Source: Coraliomargaritaceae bacterium (lineage in GTDB: Bacteria > Verrucomicrobiota > Verrucomicrobiia > Opitutales > Coraliomargaritaceae). From it: a stretch of 64,000 nucleotides of DNA. Position 1 is the first letter of the stretch. Every line of letters begins with the position of its first letter. The DNA lies in contig CBFHKU010000001.1 of assembly GCA_965656495.1 (NCBI GenBank), positions 146,781 through 210,780 of the forward strand, given 5' to 3'. Positions 10,025 through 21,329 of the stretch are shown in pieces. The notes under the pieces were generated by a model that did no database searches, was not told the DNA's origin, and saw only the letters and a program-made list of their open reading frames with translations. The translations under genes were made by a program, and so were the position numbers.

Positions 10025-10537
10025 TTGGGCGCAATCGGGGCACAGTCTCGCAATGTGTTGGGACGACTTAAAACCACCCTTGGAAAACAACTGACGCAGG
10101 GCTTGAGCGTGTTGGAATGTCAGCGCGCGATCGGAATGGCGCTGACGGTCGGGGTTTTCCCGATTATGGGCTTTGCGACGCCGGTGAATACCCTTGCGGG
10201 CTTGGTTTTCCGGTTGAATCAACCGGTGGTGCAGGCGGCGAATTTTTCGACTGCTCCTTTGAAGCTCGCCCTGATTTATCCGTTTTTGCGTTTGGGGGAA
10301 TGGATCTTTGGGGCGGAACCCTTGAGTCTCAGTTTGATTGAATTAACGGAGCGTTTTGCGGCGGACTGGCTCGGAATGCTACGAGAGTTTGGCTGGTCCT
10401 TTTTGCACGCCACGGTGGGTTGGTTGATCTGCGTGCCGCTCCTTTATTTTTGTTTTTTCTGGCTCTCAAAACCGATCATACTGAGTGCGCAGGCAGCGTA
10501 TGAAGCCGGTATGAAGCGGATCAAGAAGGAAGCTTGA
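10025..10537 (+). CDS. DUF2062 domain membrane protein
   Basis: QGLS, GVFPIMG, RLNQPVVQAANF, PFLRLGE; start uncertain. Confidence 0.75.
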   Translation: MGAIGAQSRNVLGRLKTTLGKQLTQGLSVLECQRAIGMALTVGVFPIMGFATPVNTLAGLVFRLNQPVVQAANFSTAPLKLALIYPFLRLGEWIFGAEPLSLSLIELTERFAADWLGMLREFGWSFLHATVGWLICVPLLYFCFFWLSKPIILSAQAAYEAGMKRIKKEA

Positions 10538-10538
10538 A

Positions 10539-10763
10539 TCAGGATGAGCGGAGGAGTTGCTCGACGCGATTGAGGAGTTCAAAATGATGCTCCGGGTCGT
10601 GAAAGGAACCGGCGGCATGGGGCGGGCTTTCGCCGGTTTCAAGTTTCGCGCCGGTGTTGAGGGTGCGCCGGCTGTTGCCCCATTCGTAGGTTATTTGATG
10701 GGAGGGCTGCCCGCCGTCGGTTTGGGATGGGTAGGCTTTAATGTGCCGCGCTTGAACTTGCAT
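10539..10763 (-). CDS. Small hypothetical protein
   Basis: 74-aa ORF (MQVQARH...) that fills the gap downstream of galM; no recognised motif. Confidence 0.35.
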   Translation of the reverse strand: MQVQARHIKAYPSQTDGGQPSHQITYEWGNSRRTLNTGAKLETGESPPHAAGSFHDPEHHFELLNRVEQLLRSS

Positions 10764-10806
10764 ACTGGGAACGAAGCGAGCTTCGCGCTGAAAGCAAACA
10801 GCGGGA

Positions 10807-11862
10807 TTAAATCGTGCCGAATTTATAGATAGTGGTGGTCTGGTACGCCTTGCCGGGTTCAAGGATTGTGGAAGGGAAATGCGGCTGGTTTGGGGCGTCG
10901 GGGAAGTGTTGGGTTTCGAGGCAAAAACCGTGGCGCGGATGGTAGGGCTTGCCGGATTTTCCGGTGCTGCCATCGAGGAAATTACCGCTGTAGAACTGCA
11001 CGCCGGGGGCATCGGTCAGGACTTCCATGGTGCGCCCGCTCTCCGGTTCTTCGACGCGTGCGATGGGGCTGGGTTTGCCCGCCCCGGTGGGGAGGACGTA
11101 GTTATGGTCGTAACCCCCCGCAAGCTGAAGTTGCTCGTTGGCAGCATCGATGCGCGCCCCGATCGCGTGCGGGGTGTTGAAATCGAAGGGGCTTCCGCTT
11201 ACCTTCGCGAGTTCACCGGTTGGAATCATACCCGGTGTGACGGGGGTGAAGTGGGTCGCCTCTAATTGAAGGCAGTGGTTCAGGATATCGCCGGACCCTT
11301 CACCGCGCAGGTTGAAGTAGGCATGGTTGGTAAGGCTCACGGGGGTCGGTTGATCCGTGCTGGCGTGGTATTCGATGCGCAGGGCGTTGTCGGGGGTGAG
11401 CCAGTAATGCACGGTGACTGATAGGTTGCCGGGGTAACCCGCTTCGCCGTCGGGGCTTTGTAGGCTCAGTTTGAGTCCCTTGTTTGCCTTGTCGCCAACG
11501 GCTTCAACCTGCCACAGTTTTTGGTGAAAACCCTCGGGTCCGCCGTGTAGGTGACAATCGATGCCGTTGGTCTTGCTGTTGAGGGGTAAGGTGTAGTTGT
11601 TTCCTGCGAGCGAGAACTGACCCTGGGCGATGCGGTTCCCGTAACGACCGATGAGGGCGCCGTGAAAGGCGGCGTCGGCTTCATAGGCGGCAAGGTTATC
11701 ATAGCCCAAGACAACATCTGCCAAGGTACCCTTGGAATCCGGCACCAGCAAGCGGGTGATGCGACCGCCATAGCTGCTGATTTCGACCTCCATGCCGGAG
11801 TCATTCGTCAGGATAAAGTTTTCAACCGCTTCACCGAGTTTTGTTTGTCCAAAATTTGGCAT
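10807..11862 (-). CDS. galM: Aldose 1-epimerase (galactose mutarotase)
   Basis: GRYGNRI, HLHGG, LTNHAYFNL, YDHN, CLETQHFPD. Confidence 0.95.
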   Translation of the reverse strand: MPNFGQTKLGEAVENFILTNDSGMEVEISSYGGRITRLLVPDSKGTLADVVLGYDNLAAYEADAAFHGALIGRYGNRIAQGQFSLAGNNYTLPLNSKTNGIDCHLHGGPEGFHQKLWQVEAVGDKANKGLKLSLQSPDGEAGYPGNLSVTVHYWLTPDNALRIEYHASTDQPTPVSLTNHAYFNLRGEGSGDILNHCLQLEATHFTPVTPGMIPTGELAKVSGSPFDFNTPHAIGARIDAANEQLQLAGGYDHNYVLPTGAGKPSPIARVEEPESGRTMEVLTDAPGVQFYSGNFLDGSTGKSGKPYHPRHGFCLETQHFPDAPNQPHFPSTILEPGKAYQTTTIYKFGTI

Positions 11863-11979
11863 CCTCAAGGTCTAGGCGTTAACCGGATAGATACAACACT
11901 AAGGAGTGAGTCGAGGTAAAAATTGAACAAATGAAATATTTACCTTACTATTATATAAATAAAAAAGTTATAAATTATT

Positions 11980-12411
11980 ATGAAAACAAAAACAATTACC
12001 TCCCTTCTGGTTCTGATAATCGCGAGTAGCGCGCTCGCTCAATTCATTGGCCCTTCCTCGCAATTGCCGGTTTCCACCGTATCGCAGGTATTGAAAGATG
12101 CCGGTTCGCTGGATCGCCGTGACGTTCAGGTTGCCTTGCGTGGGCACATCATTTCCTATCTTCATGGCGATTACTATTATTTTAAGGACAACACCGGAAC
12201 CATTTTGATTGAATTGGAACCGGAGGAGATGCCCCGTCAGCCATTTGACGACAAGACGCCCCTCATGATTTACGGGGAGGTCGATGCGGAATGGTTTGAG
12301 AAGACCAAGTTGGAAGTATCCAGGGTGGTTATTCTTGGCGGTACTGGCGGCGGACCGATGGTACCGCCCATTCCCAATGTCCCGCGTGCAACACCCGCGC
12401 CGCATCAATAA
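11980..12411 (+). CDS. YgiW/YdeI-like OB-fold periplasmic protein
   Basis: Signal peptide, QFIGPS, V.LRGHI, YYFKDNTGTILIE, GEVD. Confidence 0.8.
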   Translation: MKTKTITSLLVLIIASSALAQFIGPSSQLPVSTVSQVLKDAGSLDRRDVQVALRGHIISYLHGDYYYFKDNTGTILIELEPEEMPRQPFDDKTPLMIYGEVDAEWFEKTKLEVSRVVILGGTGGGPMVPPIPNVPRATPAPHQ

Positions 12412-12436
12412 AACATCCACCTTTTAAATGAGAAAA

Positions 12437-12466
12437 TCCCCATGCCTCGGCGTGGGGACTTTTTTA
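12437..12466. terminator. Intrinsic terminator, possibly bidirectional
   Basis: tccccatg-cctcgg-cgtgggga hairpin followed by a T-run. Confidence 0.7.
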
Positions 12467-12475
12467 TTCAGTAAC

Positions 12476-12551
12476 TGGAGCCGAAAATCGGATTCGAACC
12501 GACGACCTACTCATTACGAATGAGTTGCTCTACCAACTGAGCTATTTCGGC
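12476..12551 (-). tRNA. tRNA-Thr(CGT)
   Basis: GCCGAAATAGCTCAGTTGGTAGAGC...TT-CGT-AA...GGTTCGAATCC...CTCCA, 76 nt. Confidence 0.97.
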
Positions 12552-12689
12552 ATATTCCAGTGCTTTTATATTTTTGAAATCGATGACCTTTGGCAAGCGA
12601 ACAATCGGTAGGCCTCAACCGAGATTATTTCACGGCATGGCCTTTGAATTTTCTTTAAAATTTTAAATCAATATCTATATTTAGATAGC

Positions 12690-13295
12690 GTGAAGTATTT
12701 ATTGATTTCTTTATGTTTTTTCGGCTTAGCGGGTTATCTTGCCGCGATTCTGTTTGGAAAGATCGGGGACATTGGGATTAAGGATTACATCCAGCAATGG
12801 ATCCAACCGGCAGAGGAGCGATATGAGGGGTTCTCAATGTCACCCTCGCCGGAAGAGGGGGTGGATGAGGAGCTCGAGTTGTTGCGCAAAGAGAATCCCT
12901 ATCCGGTGAAACTACGGATCAAGAATATGGATGGGCAGACGCTAGACATCCGTCTTACGGGGCGGAGTGAGAGCAATATATCCTTCACGCGGGAAGGGGA
13001 TGGACGTCGTTTTGTTTACTCGATCAATGAACTCGACAGCGCATCGCGCAAAAAGGTGCGCAGTTACCCGGCGCTGGGAATCGCAGGGGCGTCTGATTTT
13101 CTCAACAAGGGCCTGAGCCTGGACGAGGTACACGCTGAGCAACTGCGTTTGCGGGCGGAGCGGCTTTCTGAATTGATGCGTGAAGCGCAGGCCGATGCGT
13201 CTGTTTCGAGTAGCGAGGTGGAGCGGCGCAGCCTGCGGCGAAAATATGAGAAATACCGCGCCGAACGGCTGGAGATCCTTAAGGATTTGAACTAG
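12690..13295 (+). CDS. Hypothetical membrane-anchored protein (SHD1-like central region, coiled-coil C-terminus)
   Basis: N-terminal hydrophobic segment; NMDGQTL...F.RE.DG..F.Y.I.ELD..SR pattern. Confidence 0.6.
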   Translation: MKYLLISLCFFGLAGYLAAILFGKIGDIGIKDYIQQWIQPAEERYEGFSMSPSPEEGVDEELELLRKENPYPVKLRIKNMDGQTLDIRLTGRSESNISFTREGDGRRFVYSINELDSASRKKVRSYPALGIAGASDFLNKGLSLDEVHAEQLRLRAERLSELMREAQADASVSSSEVERRSLRRKYEKYRAERLEILKDLN

Positions 13296-15459
13296 GGGAT
13301 GGGGGACGGCTCAGGGGTTTGAGCTTTTTTTCGTCCTTCTCCGCTTCCAGTCGTTTCTGATCTTCGATCCGTTTTTTTCTGAGCTTTTGTTGGCGTAGTT
13401 CGGACTCCTTGGCAAAGGTGGACTGTGCACAAAGAAGGTTTTTCCCCTTGCGGCGGGGTTTGTGGAGGTATTTCCCGTCCGCGCTAAGACGGCGGGAATT
13501 TTTGGTGTCGCTCAAGTACGTGTCGATGATGCCGATAATGCGACCCCGGATTTCGGGATCCTGAATGGGAAAGACGCACTCAATGCGTCGGAAGAAGTTG
13601 CGGGGCATCCAGTCGGCGCTGCCGGCGAGGATATGCGGTGCTTGTCCATGATGGTTTTGAAAGTAGAAGATGCGGCTGTGCTCCAGATAGCGTCCGAGGA
13701 TACTGTGTACGCGAATGTTTTCACTGAGGCCTTTTACGTTGGGGACAAGGTTGCAGATGCCGCGGATGATAAGGTCGATTTTAACTCCGGCAGTGGCGGC
13801 GCGATAAAGATTATCGATGGTTTTTTGATCTACGAGGCTATTGACTTGTATAATGATGCGGGCGGGTTTTCCGGCGCGGGCGTTGCGTGCCTCGGCGTTG
13901 ATGTATCGCTGGATGGAGTTGTGGAGATTAAAGGGGGCAACCAGGAGTTTTTTAAAGTTGGGTTTGATGGAGAATCCGGTGAGGGAATTGAAGAGATTGG
14001 CGACCTCGTTGGTGATTTCACGGCGTGCGGTAAAGAGGCTGAGGTCGGTGTAAAGGCGGGCGGTTTTGGGATTGTAGTTTCCGGTGCCGAGGTGGGCGTA
14101 GCGTCGCAGGTAGCGGCCCTCGCGGCGGACCACCATACAGGTTTTGCAATGGGTCTTGAGTCCAACGATGCCATACACGACATGGACGCCCTCGTCTTCA
14201 AGTTGGCGTGCCCATTTGATGTTGTTGGCTTCATCAAAGCGGGCTTTGAGTTCAACGAGGACGGTGACCTGTTTGCCATTGCGGGAGGCTTCGATGAGGG
14301 CTTGCACGATGGGCGAATCGCCGGAGGTGCGGTAAAGGGTTTGCTTGATGGCAAAGACGGCGGGATCGTGGGCCGCCTGACTGATGAAATCGATGAACGG
14401 CTGAAAGCTGTCGTAGGGTTGATGCAGGAGGTAGTCGCGCTGGGCGATCTTCTCGAAGAGGGGCTGGTGGCTTTCGAGGTCGGGGTGGATGTAGGGGGTA
14501 AAGGGTTTGAATTTCAGGTCGGGCCGGTCGATGAGGTCGTAGGCACTCATGAGGCGCGCCATGTTGAGCGGACCATTGATGGTGTAAACATTGACGGGGT
14601 CGAGTTCGAGGGCTTTGAGCAGTTGTTCGAGGAGAACGGGGTCTGCGCCCTCCGCGATTTCGAGGCGAACCGCGGCGCCTTTCTCGCGGTTGAGGAGTTC
14701 TTCTTCAATTTTACTGAGGAGATTCTCGACTTCTTCTTCATCAAAGTAGAGGTCGCTGTTGCGGGTGATGCGGAAGGGGACCGCGGAGCGAACGCGGTAA
14801 CCGGGGAAGAGATCACCCATGTGTTGTTGAATGATATCGCTGAGGGAAATGTAGACTTCGGGGTTCCCACGGCGGGGGGTGTCGATGCGGACGACGCGCG
14901 GAAGGATTCGGGGGACGGGAATGATCGCCATGAGGCGTTCAATGGCACGGGTTTGGGGATCATCAATGGAGGCGAGGATGTAGAGGGCCTTGTTGATGAG
15001 TTGTGGGAAGGGGTGGGCGGGGTCAATTGCGAGGGGGGTGAGGACCGGGAAGATTTGCTTGGCGAAGTATTCGGAGGCCCATTGCTTCTCGTTGCGGGTG
15101 AGTTGATTGTAGGCGCAGAATTTAACACCGGCCTTGTCGAGGCCGGGTACAATTTTACGATCCCAGCAGGCGCTTTGATCGGCGACCAGACGGCGGGCGC
15201 CGGATTGGATGCGCCGGAGTTGTTCCTTGGGGCTGAGTCCGTCGGGGCCACATTCATGGCTACCGGATTTGATTTGTTGCATGATGCCCGCCACGCGGAT
15301 TTCAAAAAATTCGTCGAGGTTGGAACTGACGAATGCCAGAAACTTCATGCGTTCAAGTAGCGGATAATCCGGTGATTCCGCTTGCTCCAGAACGCGCCGG
15401 TTGAAGGCGAGCCAGGAGAGTTCGCGGTTAAAGTATCGGTATGAGGCGGATGTTGGCAT
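13279..15459 (-). CDS. ppk1: Polyphosphate kinase 1
   Basis: [52 protein letters not shown]. Confidence 0.97.
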   Translation of the reverse strand: MPTSASYRYFNRELSWLAFNRRVLEQAESPDYPLLERMKFLAFVSSNLDEFFEIRVAGIMQQIKSGSHECGPDGLSPKEQLRRIQSGARRLVADQSACWDRKIVPGLDKAGVKFCAYNQLTRNEKQWASEYFAKQIFPVLTPLAIDPAHPFPQLINKALYILASIDDPQTRAIERLMAIIPVPRILPRVVRIDTPRRGNPEVYISLSDIIQQHMGDLFPGYRVRSAVPFRITRNSDLYFDEEEVENLLSKIEEELLNREKGAAVRLEIAEGADPVLLEQLLKALELDPVNVYTINGPLNMARLMSAYDLIDRPDLKFKPFTPYIHPDLESHQPLFEKIAQRDYLLHQPYDSFQPFIDFISQAAHDPAVFAIKQTLYRTSGDSPIVQALIEASRNGKQVTVLVELKARFDEANNIKWARQLEDEGVHVVYGIVGLKTHCKTCMVVRREGRYLRRYAHLGTGNYNPKTARLYTDLSLFTARREITNEVANLFNSLTGFSIKPNFKKLLVAPFNLHNSIQRYINAEARNARAGKPARIIIQVNSLVDQKTIDNLYRAATAGVKIDLIIRGICNLVPNVKGLSENIRVHSILGRYLEHSRIFYFQNHHGQAPHILAGSADWMPRNFFRRIECVFPIQDPEIRGRIIGIIDTYLSDTKNSRRLSADGKYLHKPRRKGKNLLCAQSTFAKESELRQQKLRKKRIEDQKRLEAEKDEKKLKPLSRPPSPSSNP

Positions 15460-15592
15460 ACGAAAAAATTTAAGTGCTGCTGATGATTGTTAGCGTTTCA
15501 CACTAGTGTGAACCACTTCTTTCTTAAAGCGAATAACTCTTTGCGAGACGTTTTATATCTTACCAGGGGGACGGTTTTGCTCGCTTGGAACT

Positions 15593-16852
15593 TTAAAAAA
15601 GGATGCGAAGACTGGTGCCGAGGGTCCAGCCTTTGTAAAGGGTTTCGTTTTGCGAAGCGAGGGATTCCCACTCGATACCGGAGACGAGCTTGAGGCGGTC
15701 GCCGTTAAAGTAGTAATTGTAACCGAGGTAAAAACTGTGATGGGAGTCGCCGCGACCGGAATTCAGGTCGAGGGTATCGGATTTAGCCTCGGCGAGACGG
15801 GCGTAGCGGCTGTTGAGGCGGATGCCTTCCGGTTGATCGGAGTTTTGATACTGGTAACGGAAGACAAGTTTTTGTTGTGCCTCGACGAGGGTGTACATTG
15901 GCATGAGCACCAGTCCCCAGAAACGGCCTGCGCGCGCGGAGTTGGATTGCGCCCCGTTGTCACCGAAACCGAGGGTGGTGTGCATCGCCCAGCGGCCTTC
16001 CTCCCAGCGAGTCACAAAAGCGCTGGCCCATTCGTTACCGTTGGCGAGGCGGTCTTCTCCGAGGGATCCGTCCTGATAATAAAAAGAGAGCCAGAGGTCA
16101 GAGCGGTCCAGTCCGGTTCGGTTGCTGAGATCGCGCTCGTATGAAAGGTAGTAGGTGAGGCTGTCTTCCCATCCGCCGATCCAGTCATGATAGGTGCCGG
16201 AAAATAAGGCGAGGTCGAGGGTTTGGTTGTCGCGGGTGCCCTTGATCCAGACTGCGAGGGGGTTGCCTTTTTCGCGGTCAGAGAGCCAGAGTTTGTTGGA
16301 AAAAGGGGAGCGTTCGAGGGTGTTGATGTGGGTGGCGGAACGCTGCCATTCGTCCGCCATGCGTCCCGAGCGGCGACCGTATCCAAGGCTGAGGCGATCC
16401 CAGTGCTTTAATCCGAGTGCTTCCTCGGCATGGTAGGTGATGTTGGCGCTGCGAAAGGTTTCATGGCCGAATTGCCGATCCCCGCCGGGGTAGTTGTGCC
16501 GGTCGTTGGAAATTTGGCTGACCGCTTTGAAACTGAAATGGTTGAGGAAATCGCCCTGCGCGCCGACCCAGAAACGGCGAATTTCCTCGGTTTGGGTGCT
16601 GAAGTCTTGGTCGTGGCGGTCTTTCCCTTGGATCGAGGCGAATTGGTGCATGTAAGCGAGGTAGAGCTTCAGTTTTTGCAGGGGCCGGGCAAGGGGGTCA
16701 TCGTGGAGGGTGCCTAGCATGCGCATCTGCTCGCGCCAATCGGCAGTCGGGCTGCTTGAGTTGGGTGCGGCAGCCAAGCCGGGGAGATTTAGCATAAGAC
16801 CGGCACAGAGAACGAGAATCAGTCTTAAAGAAGAGTTGTGGGTGAGCTTCAT
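15593..16852 (-). CDS. Outer-membrane porin (OprO/OprP-like)
   Basis: Signal peptide, EIRRFWVG, INTLERS, amphipathic strands, terminal Phe; upstream of ppk1. Confidence 0.65.
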   Translation of the reverse strand: MKLTHNSSLRLILVLCAGLMLNLPGLAAAPNSSSPTADWREQMRMLGTLHDDPLARPLQKLKLYLAYMHQFASIQGKDRHDQDFSTQTEEIRRFWVGAQGDFLNHFSFKAVSQISNDRHNYPGGDRQFGHETFRSANITYHAEEALGLKHWDRLSLGYGRRSGRMADEWQRSATHINTLERSPFSNKLWLSDREKGNPLAVWIKGTRDNQTLDLALFSGTYHDWIGGWEDSLTYYLSYERDLSNRTGLDRSDLWLSFYYQDGSLGEDRLANGNEWASAFVTRWEEGRWAMHTTLGFGDNGAQSNSARAGRFWGLVLMPMYTLVEAQQKLVFRYQYQNSDQPEGIRLNSRYARLAEAKSDTLDLNSGRGDSHHSFYLGYNYYFNGDRLKLVSGIEWESLASQNETLYKGWTLGTSLRILF

Positions 16853-16930
16853 GCGGGCTGCTTTGTATTTTGTTTTACAATATAACAATAAGTAACGTAT
16901 AAACGGAGTATCTACTTTTATTAAACTGCT

Positions 16931-17878
16931 ATGACAAGAAAAGACTATTTCCTGACCGGGCTCTTTCAGCCGCACAGTGGCGAAATTGATACGCTGCAAA
17001 AGCAATTGCATTGGACCCTGCGAATTACGGTTGCCCTATGTTTTATTGGGCATGGTGCCTGGGGCTTGATTACGAAGGCCGGCTGGTTGCCTTTTTTCGC
17101 ATCGCAGGGCATTGAGCCGGCGATCGCGTGGAAGTTGCAGCCTTTGATCGGTGCCTTTGACATCCTGATGGCGGTGTTGTTGTTGGTGCAACCGCGACGG
17201 ATCATTCTGGTTTGGATGTTTTTATGGGCTTTGTGGACCGCGGCGCTGCGACCGCTGGCGGGCAATCTTGAAAAGGTGCAGGTAAACGGCGAATGGTTGG
17301 TACAACTGGCGACGGATTCGATGCGGGTGCCGAAGATGCAGACCTGGGAATTCTGGGAACGGGCCGGGAATTGGGGGCCTCCGTTTATGCTGCTGGTGAT
17401 GGGGGGTGTTTTTGTGGCGCGCTACAAGGATTTGTTGGGGGCCTATGTCGAGCCGCGCCTAAAGGAGAGCACCGTGGACACATTGTTTTTTCTGCTACGC
17501 ACGACTCTCGCGCTGCTTTTGATCGGGCACGCGGGATTTGGTTTCGCGGTAGAGAAGGGCATGCTGATCGATCATTGGCAATCGATTGGGGTCAATGCGG
17601 ATGTAGGATTCATTCGAACCGTGGGTTGGGCTGAACTGGCGCTCGGTTTGACGGTGTTCTTTTTCCCGATTCGCTCCATCGTTTGGGTATGTTTGGTTTG
17701 GAAACTCTTTACCGAATTCCTGTATGTGCCCGCCGATACTGCAAGCGGCATGGGCATCGTGAACATCCTGGAATGGATCGAACGCTGGGGCGACTACGGA
17801 GTGCCGCTCGCAATGCTCTACATCTTATCTTACCGCAAGGCGGCGGGTGGTACGGAGGAGGAGATCAGCGCGCGCTGA
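16931..17878 (+). CDS. Multi-pass membrane protein with internal duplication (DoxX-like)
   Basis: Two repeats: LR.T.AL..IGH and E..ER.G..G.P. Confidence 0.65.
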   Translation: MTRKDYFLTGLFQPHSGEIDTLQKQLHWTLRITVALCFIGHGAWGLITKAGWLPFFASQGIEPAIAWKLQPLIGAFDILMAVLLLVQPRRIILVWMFLWALWTAALRPLAGNLEKVQVNGEWLVQLATDSMRVPKMQTWEFWERAGNWGPPFMLLVMGGVFVARYKDLLGAYVEPRLKESTVDTLFFLLRTTLALLLIGHAGFGFAVEKGMLIDHWQSIGVNADVGFIRTVGWAELALGLTVFFFPIRSIVWVCLVWKLFTEFLYVPADTASGMGIVNILEWIERWGDYGVPLAMLYILSYRKAAGGTEEEISAR

Positions 17879-19736
17879 GTTTTTCCATAAGTTCGTAGTT
17901 GCGCTGAAGCATGGTGGCGGGGTCTTCAATGAGACCGGCGGCCATGCGGGCGTTGTCGTAGATTTGATGGCTGATGAGCTTGGCGAGATCGGCGTCATTT
18001 TCGCGCAGGGCGGCGAGGTTTTTGACGAGCGGGTGTCGGGGGTTGACCTGAAGCTTGGAGGGGGGTTCCGCGCCCATCATGCCGCCATCCTGTTGCATCG
18101 CCTTCATCATCTTCCGCATTTGGGCGGTCATCATTTTGTCGCTGTTGACAATCATGGCAGGGCTGCCGACGAGGCGGTCGCTGGCCTTGACCTCGCTCAC
18201 CGCTTCACCGAGTGATTCCTTGATGAATTGACAGAGGGTGTCGCTGTCTTGGCTGGCAAGGGCCTCGGCTTTGTCGGTTTCGGTTTCGGGTGCGATGGCA
18301 TCGAGGTCGATTTCGTCGCTGTCTGCGGAAACAAAGTTTTTGTCTTCAAAGCTGCGGGCGTGGTTGGTGACAAATTCATCGACCGGCTCGAGCATGTAGA
18401 GGACTTCAATATTACGGGCCTTGAAGGCTTCCAGGTAGGGGCCGTTTTCGATGCTCTCGCGGGTGGGGCCGGAGAGGAAGAAAATTTCCTTTTGGTTCTC
18501 GGGGGCGCGACTGAGGTAGTCGGCGAGGCTGGTGGTTTGGCCGGCTTCGGTGTAGGAGGATTCGTAGCGGAGGAGCTTGAGGAGTTGGTCGCGGTGGGTG
18601 AAGTCGGTGGTAACGCCTTCCTTGAGGAAGAGTCCGAACTTGTTCCAGAAGTCATTGTAGGTATCGGGCTCTTTGGCGGCCTTGTCCTCGAGGAGTTTGA
18701 GGAAACGTTTGGTGATGACCTTGTTGAGTTTCTGGATAAGGGAAGAATCCTGCATGGATTCGCGCGAAATATTGAGGGGGAGATCGGCGCTGTCGACAAC
18801 CCCTCGGAGGAAGCGGAGCCAATCGGGGAGGAGATTTTTTGGCTCGCTGTCGATGAGGACCTTGCGGCAGTAGAGCGCAACGCCGGGATCCATGCGGCCA
18901 AAGCCGAAGCCTTCCATGTTTTCGGTGGGCGCAAAGAGGAGGGTATTGATTTCGAGGGGCGCGTCGGCAGAGAAATGAAGCCAGAAGCGGGGCTCGTCGA
19001 AGGCCTTGGCCTGGAATTTATAGAACTCTTTGTATTCCTCTTCGGTGATATCGTTTTTGTTTTTGAGCCAGAGGGCTTGAACGGTCTTGAGCGCTTCGCC
19101 CGCGACTTTGATCGGAAATTGCACGAAGGCGGAGTAATTATTGATGATGCCCTCAAGGCGGTCTTTTTTGGCGAACTCTTTGAATTCGTCCTTGAGGTGA
19201 AGCACGATGCGGGTGCCACGGCGCTCGCCCTCTGCGGCTTGAATCTCGTAGGCTCCGGATCCATCGCTCGACCAGCAGAGGCATTCGCCTTCGGCGCGCC
19301 AGGTGCGGGTGTACACCTCGACTTTTTCGGCGACCATGAAGGCGGAGTAAAACCCGACGCCGAATTGACCGATGAGGTTTTCATTGCGCTCGCCGCTTTC
19401 CTTCAGGGCATTGAGAAAGGCTTTTGAGCCGGAGTGCGCGATGGTGCCGAGGTTTTCAATCAATTCCTCGCGGGTCATCCCGATGCCAAAATCCTGGATG
19501 GTAATTTGTCCCGCTTCCTCGTCGCTGCTAACCTGAATCTCGAGTTCGAGATCGGCATCGAAGATATCTTTTTCGGTGATCTGGGTATGGCGCAGTTTTT
19601 CGCTGGCGTCCGAGGCGTTGGAGATCAATTCACGGACGAAGATCTCTTTGTCGGTGTAGAGGGAGTGAACAACAATATCGAGGACTTGTTTGACCTCGGC
19701 TTGGAATTCATGGCGTTCAGGATTGCTGGTTTTCAT
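17865..19736 (-). CDS. htpG: Molecular chaperone HtpG (Hsp90)
   Basis: [42 protein letters not shown]. Confidence 0.97.
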   Translation of the reverse strand: MKTSNPERHEFQAEVKQVLDIVVHSLYTDKEIFVRELISNASDASEKLRHTQITEKDIFDADLELEIQVSSDEEAGQITIQDFGIGMTREELIENLGTIAHSGSKAFLNALKESGERNENLIGQFGVGFYSAFMVAEKVEVYTRTWRAEGECLCWSSDGSGAYEIQAAEGERRGTRIVLHLKDEFKEFAKKDRLEGIINNYSAFVQFPIKVAGEALKTVQALWLKNKNDITEEEYKEFYKFQAKAFDEPRFWLHFSADAPLEINTLLFAPTENMEGFGFGRMDPGVALYCRKVLIDSEPKNLLPDWLRFLRGVVDSADLPLNISRESMQDSSLIQKLNKVITKRFLKLLEDKAAKEPDTYNDFWNKFGLFLKEGVTTDFTHRDQLLKLLRYESSYTEAGQTTSLADYLSRAPENQKEIFFLSGPTRESIENGPYLEAFKARNIEVLYMLEPVDEFVTNHARSFEDKNFVSADSDEIDLDAIAPETETDKAEALASQDSDTLCQFIKESLGEAVSEVKASDRLVGSPAMIVNSDKMMTAQMRKMMKAMQQDGGMMGAEPPSKLQVNPRHPLVKNLAALRENDADLAKLISHQIYDNARMAAGLIEDPATMLQRNYELMEKLSAR

Positions 19737-19886
19737 GGCTTTGTGGTGGCGTGAAAAATTTAAAGCCGTGGACGATAGAGGAGTCTTGCTGAAAAATCAA
19801 GGGCGCGTCCGGGTAAATATGTGACATAATAATCCGCATTAAAAATATCCTTGCCCTCTTTAAAAACTGTGCCTTTATGTCTCTGT

Positions 19887-21254
19887 ATGCCTGCATCCAT
19901 TCTGATAGTCGATGATGAACGGAACACGCGCGAGGGGCTGAGTGCCGCGCTCGAAGGGGAGTATGATGTATTTTTGGCATCCAGCGCGGACGAGGCGTTC
20001 AACTTGATGGAGGCGCAGTCGTTTGAGGTGGTGCTGACGGATTTACGGATGGCGGGGAAGTCGGGCCTGAAGGTGATCGATCATTGTCTGGAGCAGCCCA
20101 GTGGCCCGATTGCAATCATGATGACAGCTTACGGCAATGTGGAGACGGCGGTGGAGGCGATGCGTCGGGGTGCCTTTGATTTTTTGACGAAGCCGCTGAA
20201 CCTGGAGAAGCTGGAAATTTTGATCAAGCGTGCGCTGCAATCACGCAAGCTGGAGGAGGAGAATGCGGTGCTGCATGAACGCTTGGACCAGAAATACAGT
20301 TTTGAAGGGATTGTGGGAAATTCACCGGGGCTGAGACAGGTCTTGGAGACGGTCAAACTGGTGGCACCTTCGCGCGCGACCGTTTTGCTGGAGGGCGAAA
20401 CCGGCACGGGCAAGGAATTGATTGCGCAGGCGATTCATCAAAACAGTAATCGGGCGCGGAAGCCGTTTGTCCCGGTTCACTGCGCGGCCTTGGCGGTAAA
20501 TCTACTGGAGAGTGAACTTTTCGGGCATGAAAAGGGTGCGTTTACGGGGGCGAGTGAGCGCCGGATGGGACGCTTTGAGGTCGCAGACGGGGGGACGCTC
20601 TTTCTGGATGAGATCGGCGAGATCGATGCCTCCACGCAGGTTAAACTGCTGCGTTTTTTGGAGACGCGACGTTTTGAGCGCTTGGGTAGTTCGAAAGCGA
20701 TCGATGTGGACGTACGTCTGGTTTGTGCAACCAATCGCAACTTGGCAGAGATGGTAAAGAGCGGCGAATTCCGTGAGGATTTATTGTATCGCCTGAATGT
20801 GGTAACGATTGAACTGCCGCCCTTGCGGGAACGGGTGGAAGACTTAATGACTTTGCTGCGGCACTACACGGAAGAGTTCAGCAAGGAGAATGGTGTGGAG
20901 GCGGTTGAAATAAGCGAGGGTGCGCTGAAGCTTTTGCAAGCCTATCCCTGGCCGGGTAACGTTCGTGAATTGCGTAATTTCTGCGAGAATATCGTCATTT
21001 TGAAGCGGGGGAGCAAGGTGAACGAATATGATCTCGAGGAAAAATATCACCGGACTGCGAGCGGAGACGCTGCCGAACGCAGCGCTCCCAAAGCCGCAAG
21101 CCCAAGCTTGAGCAAAGAGGAAAACGAGAAACGGCTGCTGCGAAGCGCCCTGATCAAGGCAAATGGAAATCGCACCAAGGCGGCTCAGTTGATGGGTATC
21201 AGCCGGCGCACCCTGCACCGTAAACTTTCTCAATGGCCAGAGTTGGATCCATGA
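19887..21254 (+). CDS. Sigma-54-dependent response regulator (NtrC family)
   Basis: Receiver (VDDE, TD, TKP), GETGTGKE, GAFTGA, WPGNVREL, Fis-type HTH. Confidence 0.95.
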   Translation: MPASILIVDDERNTREGLSAALEGEYDVFLASSADEAFNLMEAQSFEVVLTDLRMAGKSGLKVIDHCLEQPSGPIAIMMTAYGNVETAVEAMRRGAFDFLTKPLNLEKLEILIKRALQSRKLEEENAVLHERLDQKYSFEGIVGNSPGLRQVLETVKLVAPSRATVLLEGETGTGKELIAQAIHQNSNRARKPFVPVHCAALAVNLLESELFGHEKGAFTGASERRMGRFEVADGGTLFLDEIGEIDASTQVKLLRFLETRRFERLGSSKAIDVDVRLVCATNRNLAEMVKSGEFREDLLYRLNVVTIELPPLRERVEDLMTLLRHYTEEFSKENGVEAVEISEGALKLLQAYPWPGNVRELRNFCENIVILKRGSKVNEYDLEEKYHRTASGDAAERSAPKAASPSLSKEENEKRLLRSALIKANGNRTKAAQLMGISRRTLHRKLSQWPELDP

Positions 21255-21329
21255 AGCTTGCTAGGTCACAAAGAGGTTTGACTCAACAAAATGCACTGGT
21301 AGTAACCTTATATAATCAAAATACAAAGC

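Noticed and set aside
9966..10094. Short ORF that might be a frameshifted DUF2062 N-terminus
   Set aside because: The DUF2062 frame looks complete from its own start and I see no slippery site.
12632..12648. Sigma-54-like promoter CGGCATGGCCTTTGAA
   Set aside because: The -12 element is GA rather than GC, so support is insufficient.
13462..15360. 632-aa plus-strand ORF, and similar long antisense ORFs over metK, ahcY, htpG, fusA, cimA and the DAC gene
   Set aside because: They are shadows of well-supported genes on the opposite strand, expected with GC-rich codon bias, and have no recognisable motifs.
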